Origin: an uncultured Alphaproteobacteria bacterium
GTDB taxonomy: Bacteria; Pseudomonadota; Alphaproteobacteria; CAAGCB01; CAG-977
Assembly (NCBI GenBank): GCA_934277945.1
Contig: CAKQWA010000002.1
Coordinates: forward strand, 162,410-226,409
Direction of reading: 5' to 3'
Length of the DNA stretch: 64,000 bases
The position numbers were made by a program, and so were the translations under genes. Shown piece after piece: positions 8,131-16,875 of the stretch (positions are counted from its first letter, which is position 1; every line of letters starts with the position of its first letter). The notes under the pieces are model-generated. The model ran no database searches and was not told where the DNA came from. It saw only the letters and a program-made list of their open reading frames with translations.

Positions 8131-9449
8131 TATTCTTTGTCCTTTTGCGATTTTTTCGCTTCCGCGCCCGACGGCTGAAACGGCAGATGCGGCGCCATTT
8201 CGTCTGTCAGGCGGTCAAGCACGCCCATTTCGGATTTTGCGAAAGCGGCGGCGTTCGCCTGACTTTTCGCCAATTTTTTAGGATGCGTCAGCAACGTTTC
8301 CAGCCTGTCCGCCAGTTCGTCCCTGTCCTTGACGACGCAAACCGCGTCCGCGTCAACCGCGCGTTCCATGATTTCCTTGAAATTGAACGTGTGAGGTCCG
8401 GAAATGACGGCTTTGCCCATACGCGCGGGTTCCAGCACGTTCTGCCCGCCGAACCGGATCAGCGACCCTCCGACAAACGCGACGGACGCCAGTTTGTAAA
8501 ACAGCCCCAGTTCGCCGATCGTGTCCGCCAGATACACGTCCGTCTGCGACGTGATTTTTTCGCCGAGAGAACGGCGGTTGATTTTGATTTTCGCCTTTTT
8601 GAACAATTTTTCGACTTCCTCGCCCCTTTGGGGATGACGCGGCACGACAATCGTCAGCAAATCGGGCAACTTCTTTTTCAGCCGCTGATGCGCGTACAGC
8701 ACGTCCGCCTCCTCGCCGCGATGCGTGCTTGCCGCCACCCAGCAGGGACGGTCGCGCAACTGCAAAAACAGGCTTTCGTATTCTTTGGAATCGACGGGAA
8801 GCGGCGCGGCGGCGCATTTGATGTTGCCGACGCACAGCGCGTTCTTCGCGCCCAAAGCGCTCAATCTGCCGGCGTCCGCCTGCGTCTGACCGAACGACAT
8901 GGTGAACGCTTCCTGAATTTGCGCGGACAGGCGCGGAAAACGCTTCCACGACGCGAAAGATTTTTCAGACACGCGCCCGTTGATTAAAAACAGCGGTATC
9001 TCCCGTTCCTTGATAACGGACAGGATGTTGGGCCAAAATTCCGATTCCAGCCACATCACCGCGTCGGGCTTCCAGTAATCGACGAAACGGCGCACGAACG
9101 GAAAGCAGTCGATGGGAATGTATTGGTGAAAAGCGCGCTTGGGCAGGCGTTTTTCAAGCAGGCACGCGGAAGTCACCGTGCCGGACGTGACCATGATGTG
9201 CAGGGCGGGATATTTTTTCAACAGCGCGTCAATCAGCGGCAGGGCGGACAGCGTTTCGCCGACGCTCGCCCCGTGAATCCAAAGCAATTCGCCCGCCGGA
9301 CGCTTTTTTTCCGCCAAGCCCAAACGTTCGGGAAAGCGTTCCAAATCCTCTTTGCCCTTTTTCTTCCTGAACGCCAGATAAACGCCCAGAAAAGGCTTTA
9401 AAAGCGTGCTTGCCGCACGATACCAAGCCATAGAAACCGGCAACTTCAT
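8130..9449 (-). CDS. waaA: 3-deoxy-D-manno-octulosonic acid (Kdo) transferase
   Basis: Glycosyltransferase N-terminus '...WIHGASVGE...' followed by a GT-B C-terminal domain. The start was chosen at the internal Met 'MKLPVSMAWY', whose ATG overlaps the upstream stop as TGATG. The track ORF extends to 9548, which is probably a spurious N-terminal extension. Confidence 0.8.
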   Translation of the reverse strand: MKLPVSMAWYRAASTLLKPFLGVYLAFRKKKGKEDLERFPERLGLAEKKRPAGELLWIHGASVGETLSALPLIDALLKKYPALHIMVTSGTVTSACLLEKRLPKRAFHQYIPIDCFPFVRRFVDYWKPDAVMWLESEFWPNILSVIKEREIPLFLINGRVSEKSFASWKRFPRLSAQIQEAFTMSFGQTQADAGRLSALGAKNALCVGNIKCAAAPLPVDSKEYESLFLQLRDRPCWVAASTHRGEEADVLYAHQRLKKKLPDLLTIVVPRHPQRGEEVEKLFKKAKIKINRRSLGEKITSQTDVYLADTIGELGLFYKLASVAFVGGSLIRFGGQNVLEPARMGKAVISGPHTFNFKEIMERAVDADAVCVVKDRDELADRLETLLTHPKKLAKSQANAAAFAKSEMGVLDRLTDEMAPHLPFQPSGAEAKKSQKDKE

Positions 9450-10216
9450 CACGCGCCCTCCTTTAAAAAGTCCGGAACTTTCCTGCCCGCGCGTTCTTCC
9501 GCCTTTGCGGTCAACGCCAGCAGACGCTTTTCCAATTTTTCGCGCCATTCGTCAATCTGTCCGTCCGTCAAATCGGCGGGCAGAAAAACGGGCTCGTCCA
9601 AAATCACGACGCCTTTGCCGAACGGAAACGGCAAAAAGAAGCGGTCCCACGTCTTCAAACGCTTGCCGCGCGACGTGGCGGACGCCGCCAGATACACGGG
9701 CTTTTGCGCCTGCGACGCCAGACGGATGATGCCTTTCGTCAACTTGTAACCGGGTTTGCGCCCGTCCGGAGCCATGAACAGAATGGACGATTCTTCCATC
9801 AGGCGAATAATGGCGAGTCCCGCCGCGACCCCGCGCTTTTTGGCGGAACCGTCAATAACGTCGCCGCCGAACATCCGCGCCGTTTTGGCGACGATGCGCC
9901 CGTCGCGGTGCAGGGAAGCCAGCAGATACCACTTGCATTTCTGCTTTTTCGCCGCGTCGTACTTGAAGCCGATAAAGGGCGGCGTCAGCAAATGCCCGTG
10001 CCAGAACGTCACGAAGAACGATTCGCCCGCTTCGCGCTTGTCTTCGGGCCAACCGACAAATTCCCAGCGGTTTGTCGCGTACACCAAACGCGCGTAATAG
10101 TACAGGGCGGCGCCCAAAATTGACGCGGTGACCCCGCTTGCCCCGATTTGTTTGATTTTCGCTTTGATTTTTTCCGACAACGCCATGACCGCACGCTTAA
10201 AAAATTGAAATTGCAC
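9449..10216 (-). CDS. DUF374-family lysophospholipid-acyltransferase-like protein commonly found upstream of waaA
   Basis: 255 aa with an LPLAT-like fold, translationally coupled to waaA. The real start may be the internal 'MALSEKIK'. Confidence 0.5.
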   Translation of the reverse strand: MQFQFFKRAVMALSEKIKAKIKQIGASGVTASILGAALYYYARLVYATNRWEFVGWPEDKREAGESFFVTFWHGHLLTPPFIGFKYDAAKKQKCKWYLLASLHRDGRIVAKTARMFGGDVIDGSAKKRGVAAGLAIIRLMEESSILFMAPDGRKPGYKLTKGIIRLASQAQKPVYLAASATSRGKRLKTWDRFFLPFPFGKGVVILDEPVFLPADLTDGQIDEWREKLEKRLLALTAKAEERAGRKVPDFLKEGA

Positions 10217-10262
10217 CGTTTTTTATCATAATCGGAAAAAAATCTAAAAACCGTTAACGTTT

Positions 10263-11180
10263 TTATTGATTGTCAAAGGAAACGTTCCGCGCTTCGTCCA
10301 TCTCCTTTTTCTGTTCCCGCAAAGCGCGCTCTTTCGCCTCCTTGATCGCCTCCGCCGTGTAATCGGACAAAAGCGTGACGCTGATGCGCCTGTTTTGCGG
10401 CGCCGTCGTGTCGTTCGGCAGATACGGCTTTTTGTCGGCGTATCCCGCCACGCGCACGATTTGCTTCGGATTCACGTTCAGCGCCAACATTCTGCGGCGG
10501 AACGCCAGAGCGCGATCGACGGACAGTTCCCAGTTCGTGTAATTTTTCGCGCCCGAAAACATCACCGAATCCGTATGCCCCTCAATCGCCATTTGCTGCG
10601 GCATTTGGGACAGGACTTTCGCCAGCATCGCCGTCAGACGCAAGCCGTTCGCCGTCAGTTTGTCCGACCCCGACGCGAACAGGTTGTGATCCTGCTGGTC
10701 GATCAGCTGAATGTTCAAACCTTCGGGCGTTTTGGTCACGACCAGATTGTCGATCAGCGCGTACAGGGAGGGATCGGCGTGCAAAGCCTCCTCCAACGCG
10801 ATTTTGGCGCGGTCGAACAGTTCCTGTTCGCGATTGGCGAAATAGCGGCGCTGTTCGTCGTCCATCATGTAGGGCGCGACGTGCGACCCGTCGAAACCGA
10901 CGAACATGGACGTCGCGTTCGCCGTGCCGATTTCCGTTTGTCCCGACAAAATCGTGGGCGCGCCGCCCGCCGCCGAATCCATGACGGAACCCGTCGTAAA
11001 GTAATAGGAAATTGCCTCTTTCTGCTCGTCGGAAGCCATGTTCAACAGCCACATCAGCAAAAAGAACGCCATCATGGCGGTCATGAAGTCGGCGTACGCG
11101 ACCTTCCACGACCCGCCGTGTCCGCCGTGTTCCGCCTTTTTCGGTCTTTTAACAATAACGACTCTTTTGTTTCCCGCCAT
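10263..11180 (-). CDS. motB: Flagellar motor stator protein MotB (OmpA-like C-terminal peptidoglycan-binding domain)
   Basis: N-terminus 'SWKVAYADFMTAMMAFFLLMWLL' is the canonical MotB plug/TM region. The C-terminus 'EGHTDS...NWELSVDRALAFRR' is OmpA-like. It lies directly downstream of motA. Confidence 0.75.
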   Translation of the reverse strand: MAGNKRVVIVKRPKKAEHGGHGGSWKVAYADFMTAMMAFFLLMWLLNMASDEQKEAISYYFTTGSVMDSAAGGAPTILSGQTEIGTANATSMFVGFDGSHVAPYMMDDEQRRYFANREQELFDRAKIALEEALHADPSLYALIDNLVVTKTPEGLNIQLIDQQDHNLFASGSDKLTANGLRLTAMLAKVLSQMPQQMAIEGHTDSVMFSGAKNYTNWELSVDRALAFRRRMLALNVNPKQIVRVAGYADKKPYLPNDTTAPQNRRISVTLLSDYTAEAIKEAKERALREQKKEMDEARNVSFDNQ

Positions 11181-11195
11181 TTTTCACCCGTCTTG

Positions 11196-12062
11196 TCAGC
11201 CGTTCGGCAATTTCAATTCCTGACACATCTTGTCGACTTCCGCAAACGTCGGGCGGATGTCGTGCGGCAGGGCTTTGCGGGCGAATTCGACGGAAATCTG
11301 CGGCGCATAGCCTTGAATATGCCCCATCAGCCCCGCGCGAATGACTTTCAGATATTCCAGTTCGGGAACGGTCACGTTCGCCACCGCGTTCGACAAAGGC
11401 GCGATAAAGCCGTACGCCAGCAAAACGCCGAAAAACGTGCCGACCAACGCCGCCGCAATCAAATGCCCCAGCACTTCGGGCGGTTCGTTAATCGCGCCCA
11501 TCGTGTGAATGACGCCCAGCACCGCCGCGACGATGCCCAATCCGGGACAGCCGTCGGCGACGCGGTTCAGCGCGGCGCTCATTTCCATTTTTTCATGCTC
11601 GATCGTTTCGATTTCCATGTCGATCACGGCTTCGATTTCATGCGGTTCGGGCGATCCGAACGTCAGCAAACGCAAATGCCCGCACAAAAAATCCATTGCC
11701 TCCGCGTTTTTCATAATCGTCGGAAACTGCTTGAAAATTTCGCTGTTCGCGGGATTGTCGACGTGCTGTTCCAAAATCATGTTGCCGCGCGTTTTCGCGT
11801 ATTTGAAGAAAACGAACAGCATGGCGAGCGTTTCGGTGAAACTCTTTTTGTTGTATTTCGGCGGCATAAAGATTTTCGGCAGCGTTTTCAGCGTGGCGAA
11901 CACCGTCGCGGGCGGAGTCGCAATCAGAAAAGCGCCGAATGCCGCGCCGCCGATGATTAAAAATTCGCTGGGCTGAAACAGGGTGCCAAAGTGACCGCCG
12001 CCCCACGCGAAACCGCCGGCGACGCTTCCGATGACAACCAACAAGCCGATTAAAGGGAACAT
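11196..12062 (-). CDS. motA: Flagellar motor stator protein MotA
   Basis: Strong MotA similarity, e.g. 'GIVAAVLGVIHTMGAI' and 'YAPQISVEFARKALP', with 4 TM segments. The start was set at 'MFPLIGLLVV', which is preceded by GGAGAaatcgaaATG. The track ORF extends 8 codons further upstream. Confidence 0.8.
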   Translation of the reverse strand: MFPLIGLLVVIGSVAGGFAWGGGHFGTLFQPSEFLIIGGAAFGAFLIATPPATVFATLKTLPKIFMPPKYNKKSFTETLAMLFVFFKYAKTRGNMILEQHVDNPANSEIFKQFPTIMKNAEAMDFLCGHLRLLTFGSPEPHEIEAVIDMEIETIEHEKMEMSAALNRVADGCPGLGIVAAVLGVIHTMGAINEPPEVLGHLIAAALVGTFFGVLLAYGFIAPLSNAVANVTVPELEYLKVIRAGLMGHIQGYAPQISVEFARKALPHDIRPTFAEVDKMCQELKLPNG

Positions 12063-12194
12063 TTCGATTTCTCCGAACAGACACAATTCTATACACTTAT
12101 ATATCTATCATCTTTTTATTAAAGATAAAAACCTTTTTATTTTTTTTCGGAACGGGGTAAAAATAGAGCATCCAACATACGAAAGGACGAAAAA

Positions 12195-13649
12195 ATGCCG
12201 CCGTTTGATTTTGTCGATTCCGTTTTTTTCAACAACACGCCGCTGGACAAGGACAAAGCTCTGCTTTTGTTAAGGCGGGCGGCGGGCAAGTGCGACGACG
12301 CGGATTTGTATTTACAGCAAAAAACGTCCGAGCATTTCGTTTTCGACGACGGCAGGATTAAAAGCGCGGGGGCGGACTTCACGCGCGGCTTCGGACTGCG
12401 CGTCGTGCAGGGCGACACGTTCGCGTACGCCCATTCGACCGACATCGGCGAAGACGCTTTAAAGCGCGCGGTGCAAAACGTCCTGCCCGTTCACGCGGAA
12501 GCGTCCTGCGGGGAAATTTCACCCGATACGCCGGAACGCGAAACCTCGCTTTACGCGCCGCAGGATTCCGCCGCATTGTACGCCGGCGCGCAAAAGACGG
12601 CTTTTCTGGCGCAGGTCGACGCTTACGTCCGCGCGCAAGATCCGCGCACCGTGCAGGCGACGATATCCCTGTCGTTTTCTTTCGATACGGTGAAAATCAT
12701 GCGTCCCGACGGATTTGAAGCGCAGGACGCCCGCCCGCTTGCGCATTTCAGCGTGCGCGTCGTGCTGGAAGAAAACGGACGGCGCGAAACCGGCTCGTGC
12801 GGATTCGGCGGCAGATACGGCTATGACCGGATATTCGACGAAGCGGCGAACGGAGGCGCGTGGAAAAAAGCGGCGGACGCGGCTTTGGCGCAGGCGCGGG
12901 TCAATCTGTCCGCCGTCAACGCGCCCGTCGGGGAGATGCCCGTCGTTTTGGGCAACGGCTGGTGCGGCGTTCTGCTGCACGAAGCGGTCGGTCACGGCTT
13001 GGAAGGCGATTTCATCCGCAAAAAGACGTCCGTTTTCACGGACAAAATCGGCGAACGGGTGTGCGCCAAAGGCGTGACGATTATTGACGACGGTTCCGTT
13101 CCCGAACGGCGCGGCTCTTTGAACATCGACGACGAAGGCACGCCGACCCGCCGCAACGTTCTGGTGGAGAACGGCGTTTTGAAAGGCTATATGCACGACC
13201 GCATGAACGCCCGCCTGACGCGCGCCTTGCCGACGGGAAACGCGCGCAGGGAATCGTTCGCCGCACCGCCGCAGGTGCGCATGACCAACACGTTCATGCA
13301 AAGCGGCGAGTGCGATTTTGAAGATATGCTGAAAGGCGTCGACAGCGGCATTTACGCCGCGTCGTTTTCGGGCGGGCAAGTCGACATCGTGTCCGGCGAT
13401 TTCGTGTTCTGCACGTCGGAAGCCTATAAAATCGAAAACGGCAAAATCACGACGCCCGTTAAAAACGCCATGCTGATCGGCAACGGACTGGGCGTCATGA
13501 ACGCCATTGACCGCATCGGCAACGATTCGTGTCTGGACGACGGCATCGGGTCGTGCGGCAAAGGCGGACAAAGCGTTCCCGTCGGCGTCGGTCAGCCGTG
13601 CGTGCGCCTGTCGAAAATCACGGTCGGCGGCGCGGCTGACAAGCCTTAA
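12195..13649 (+). CDS. tldD: Metalloprotease TldD
   Basis: 484 aa with 'HEAVGHGLEGDF' and the overall TldD/PmbA family pattern. A good RBS, AAAGGAcgaaaaaATG, precedes the start. Confidence 0.85.
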   Translation: MPPFDFVDSVFFNNTPLDKDKALLLLRRAAGKCDDADLYLQQKTSEHFVFDDGRIKSAGADFTRGFGLRVVQGDTFAYAHSTDIGEDALKRAVQNVLPVHAEASCGEISPDTPERETSLYAPQDSAALYAGAQKTAFLAQVDAYVRAQDPRTVQATISLSFSFDTVKIMRPDGFEAQDARPLAHFSVRVVLEENGRRETGSCGFGGRYGYDRIFDEAANGGAWKKAADAALAQARVNLSAVNAPVGEMPVVLGNGWCGVLLHEAVGHGLEGDFIRKKTSVFTDKIGERVCAKGVTIIDDGSVPERRGSLNIDDEGTPTRRNVLVENGVLKGYMHDRMNARLTRALPTGNARRESFAAPPQVRMTNTFMQSGECDFEDMLKGVDSGIYAASFSGGQVDIVSGDFVFCTSEAYKIENGKITTPVKNAMLIGNGLGVMNAIDRIGNDSCLDDGIGSCGKGGQSVPVGVGQPCVRLSKITVGGAADKP

Positions 13650-14773
13650 TAACGGGCGCGCGCTTTAAATTTGCGGAAAGTCTGCACGCGCGGACGCGAC
13701 GGCTCCGACTGCTGTTCCGTCGCGGGACGGGCGGCGGGCGCATCTTCGACGGATTCGCTTTGAGCAGGCTGTTCCGGCGCGGCGTTTTGCTCCGGTTGAG
13801 ATTCCGGCGCGGTTCCGGCAGACTCGGCGGCTTCCGTTTGCGGTGCGGACGCATCGTCAGCCGGCTGTTCCGGCGCGGTTTCGGCGGATTCGCTTTGAGC
13901 CGGCGGCTCGTTTTCAAACAGCGGTTCTTCGCCCTCGTTTTGCGCAATCCATTCTTCAATCGCGGCGTTCAGACGCTTCTGCTTTTCCACGGGGTCTTTC
14001 ATCAGACGGTTGAAATTTTCAACGAATTTCGGTCTTAAATGGCGGCATTGCGACATTTTCGACCATGCGGCGAACAGTTTGATGGAACGCAACGGCGTTT
14101 GCGAAATGTGCAAACGGTCGTACACTTTGAAGCGTCTGGCTTCCGCCACCGCCGCATAAGGCGACGAAATCATGAAATCCGCCTGACCGGTCAGCAACCG
14201 CTTGAACGCTTCGCGAGGACCGTCCACCCAATCGACTTTGGTGTCCGTCGGCAAAGCGGGCTGAATCAGCTGGCGGATGCCTTCTTCGTTGCGCACGACG
14301 CCGCGCAGACCGCTCAACGCGTCGAACGAAGACACGTCCAGCGGCTTTTCCTGCAAGGAAACGACCACGAACGGATTGCCGAAATAAGCGGGGAAAATGT
14401 AATCGACGTTGGACTTCTTTTCGTCTTCATAGTAAGCGGTGAAAAAAACGTCCGCCTTGCCGTGTTTGATTTCGCGCTTTAATTTTTCATAATCGTCCTG
14501 AAAATAATCTTGAAAAACGATATCCGCCTCTTTCAAGGAATCCTTGACGGTGTCGTACACAAAGCCGCGATATTCGTAGCGGTTCAGGTATTCTTCGTCC
14601 CCCTTGAACGTCATGACTTTCCACGAAAACGGCGGATAGTTCGTATATCCAGCCGTCACGACCGGCATATCTTTCGTGCCGCAGATGTTTAAGATCTCCT
14701 TTTGACTTTGCGCAAAAGCGGCGGATGAAAAAAGCGTTTGCGCGGCAAACAGCGTCATAAGAAATTTTTTCAT
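13646..14773 (-). CDS. Secreted periplasmic substrate-binding-like protein with a Pro/Glu/Gln/Ala-rich low-complexity C-terminal tail
   Basis: Signal peptide 'MKKFLMTLFAAQTLFSSAAFAQ'. The central domain resembles family-3 solute-binding proteins. The C-terminal ~110 aa is PEQPA/ESA-rich. Confidence 0.4.
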   Translation of the reverse strand: MKKFLMTLFAAQTLFSSAAFAQSQKEILNICGTKDMPVVTAGYTNYPPFSWKVMTFKGDEEYLNRYEYRGFVYDTVKDSLKEADIVFQDYFQDDYEKLKREIKHGKADVFFTAYYEDEKKSNVDYIFPAYFGNPFVVVSLQEKPLDVSSFDALSGLRGVVRNEEGIRQLIQPALPTDTKVDWVDGPREAFKRLLTGQADFMISSPYAAVAEARRFKVYDRLHISQTPLRSIKLFAAWSKMSQCRHLRPKFVENFNRLMKDPVEKQKRLNAAIEEWIAQNEGEEPLFENEPPAQSESAETAPEQPADDASAPQTEAAESAGTAPESQPEQNAAPEQPAQSESVEDAPAARPATEQQSEPSRPRVQTFRKFKARARY

Positions 14774-15195
14774 TGCTCGGCTCCCTGTTCAAATCCGTCG
14801 ACAAGCATATCGTCCAAAACGTCCTGCACCTTGAACGCCCAATTCAAAGCAGTCTCCATTTTACCCGAAAAATGCGCCAAACGCACCCTGATTGCGTCCG
14901 CGCGGGCGAAATTGTACGCGACTTCCATGCCGACGCAGAAATCGGGCGTTTCAAAAACGCCTTGAAACAAGCCGTCGGGAAGAATGTACAAACGCGCGGA
15001 TTCGTCGTCGTCCGGCGAAAAATCGTAAATCATTTCCGGCTGTTCGCGTTTTTCCCCGACGCTCGCCGCATCGCACGCGCCGCGCTGTTTTCCCGCCTCC
15101 ACCAAAGAGCAAGCCAGAGTCGCGAATTTATAAATCAGCGTGTCCGCGTCCGTCTGTTCACCAAGGGTTTCGCCCGTTTCTGTCATTTCGTTCAT
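14770..15195 (-). CDS. Hypothetical acidic protein
   Basis: 141-aa ORF whose stop overlaps the downstream start as ATGA. It has coding-like periodicity but no recognised motif. Confidence 0.4.
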   Translation of the reverse strand: MNEMTETGETLGEQTDADTLIYKFATLACSLVEAGKQRGACDAASVGEKREQPEMIYDFSPDDDESARLYILPDGLFQGVFETPDFCVGMEVAYNFARADAIRVRLAHFSGKMETALNWAFKVQDVLDDMLVDGFEQGAEQ

Positions 15196-15280
15196 TTTTT
15201 CAACTCATCTTTAACAAATTCGTTTTTTAATATACCATAGATATAGCATTTGGAACTTTTTTTACAGGAGTTTTTACGTC

Positions 15281-15685
15281 ATGACCCTCAATCCGTACGC
15301 CGCCGCCGATGTTTCCGCCAAGCCGCAAAATGAAATGGAAGCGCGCGCCTTGGTGCGAACCGCCTCTCGTTTAAACGCCCTGAAAGAAAACTGGCCCCCC
15401 AAAAAAGAGGATTTGAACACGGCGCTGGAACTCAACCGGAAACTCTGGGCGTTCTTTTTAAGCGAAGTGTGCGACGAAAGAAACCCCCTGCCGCACGACA
15501 TCAAGCAAAACATCTTCAATCTGGCGCATTTCATTTTCAAACACACGTTCAACATTCAGGCGAAGCCCTCCGCCTCGTCGCTGGACGTGCTGATCAACAT
15601 CAACATGAACATCGCGCGCGGTTTGAACGAACAATCGAAATTCAAAGCGGAACAGGCGGCGAAATCCGGCGGCGCGACCGCGTAA
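15281..15685 (+). CDS. flaF: Flagellar biosynthesis regulator FlaF-like protein
   Basis: 134 aa. The pattern 'NPYA...NRKLWAFFLSEV...NPLPHDIKQNIFNLAHFIFKHT...INMNIARGL' matches the alphaproteobacterial FlaF family. Confidence 0.5.
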   Translation: MTLNPYAAADVSAKPQNEMEARALVRTASRLNALKENWPPKKEDLNTALELNRKLWAFFLSEVCDERNPLPHDIKQNIFNLAHFIFKHTFNIQAKPSASSLDVLININMNIARGLNEQSKFKAEQAAKSGGATA

Positions 15686-15878
15686 GGCGGTCTTTAACGC
15701 CCTGAAACGCAAACGCGCCCCTGAAAGCGCGGACGATTCCCGAAATAAAGCGCTCGCTCAAAACGCAAGCGCGCCCGACAAAATACGGCAAGCCTTAAAC
15801 ACACAGCCGCGCCCCGCAAAAAGCGCCGGCGCACCCTCTCCGAAATGCAAAAAAGCGGCTTTTTCGCCGCTTTTTTTA

Positions 15879-16856
15879 TTATGTCACTTCCGTCACCGCG
15901 CGGATGTTGCCCTGACGGTTGATTTGCACCACGCGCAACTTGTCGTGCATTTCGGCAATCGTCTTTTCGCGGTCGATTGTCGGATAGCAGTGCAGAATAC
16001 GGTCGGTGAACGCCTTGTAAGCGGCTTCGGAGTTTTCGGCGTGGATGGTCGCAAAGCAGTTGTCGTGCCCCGACCCCATCAGTTCCCACAGCGCGCCCGC
16101 GTTCGCCGTTGAAATTTCGCCGCCGATAATCGCGTCGGGAGTGAAACGCACGACCAAGTCGATCAGTTTCGGGTAAGTCATCGTGTTCGTCTGTTCGGTA
16201 CGCGACAGCACCAGATGAACGTGATTGGGATGCGGAACCATCAATTCGCGCGTATCTTCAATGGTGATGACGCGTTTGTGAATGTCCAGAATGGTTAAAA
16301 GGTTGTTCAAAAAAGTCGTTTTACCGGTCGCCGTCGCACCGGAAACCAAGATGTGATCGCCGCGCTTGATTGACAAAATCAGACGTTCGTACGGGTCTTC
16401 GGGGTTTTCCACTTCTTTCAAACGGTTCAGTTTCTGCAAGCGTTCGCCGGCTTTCAATCCGTAATCCCCCAGTCCGAATTTCAATTCTTCGGAGTGGACG
16501 CGGACGCACATGGCGATGCCGCCCGTCAAGTCTTCGTTGTCGTACATGACGTTTTTGCCGGCGATGCCTGTGAAACGGTGATCCCCCGGCAAAGTCGCGT
16601 ACACGGCGGGCGAGCCTTGTTCGGGGTCAAACGGCAGTTCAAACGTGTTGGCGATGATGTGCATGATGTCCGTCAGATAGGTGCGCGACAGGTTTTTGTC
16701 CGCCTGCGCCGCCCATGGATGCGCGCGCCGTCCGCGCAAACGCAGCCAGATTTCGTTCGGGCGGTTGATGGAAATTTCTTCCACATTGTCCTGTTCGTAC
16801 CAATAGGACAAATACCGCAATGTCGACTTTAAAACCTTAAAAGCATCCGTAGACAT
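15879..16856 (-). CDS. virB11: Type IV secretion system ATPase VirB11
   Basis: 325 aa with Walker A 'GATATGKTT', 'RFTPDAIIGGEIS' matching the VirB11 'RPDRIIVGEIRG' box, and the His-box 'CFATIHAENSEAA'. It is the last gene after the virB10 homolog. Confidence 0.8.
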   Translation of the reverse strand: MSTDAFKVLKSTLRYLSYWYEQDNVEEISINRPNEIWLRLRGRRAHPWAAQADKNLSRTYLTDIMHIIANTFELPFDPEQGSPAVYATLPGDHRFTGIAGKNVMYDNEDLTGGIAMCVRVHSEELKFGLGDYGLKAGERLQKLNRLKEVENPEDPYERLILSIKRGDHILVSGATATGKTTFLNNLLTILDIHKRVITIEDTRELMVPHPNHVHLVLSRTEQTNTMTYPKLIDLVVRFTPDAIIGGEISTANAGALWELMGSGHDNCFATIHAENSEAAYKAFTDRILHCYPTIDREKTIAEMHDKLRVVQINRQGNIRAVTEVT

Positions 16857-16875
16857 TTCAACCTCGCTTTACGCA

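Noticed and set aside
14770-15195. 141-aa acidic ORF as FlbT, the usual partner of FlaF
   Set aside because: No resemblance to the FlbT pattern as recalled. It is left as a hypothetical protein.
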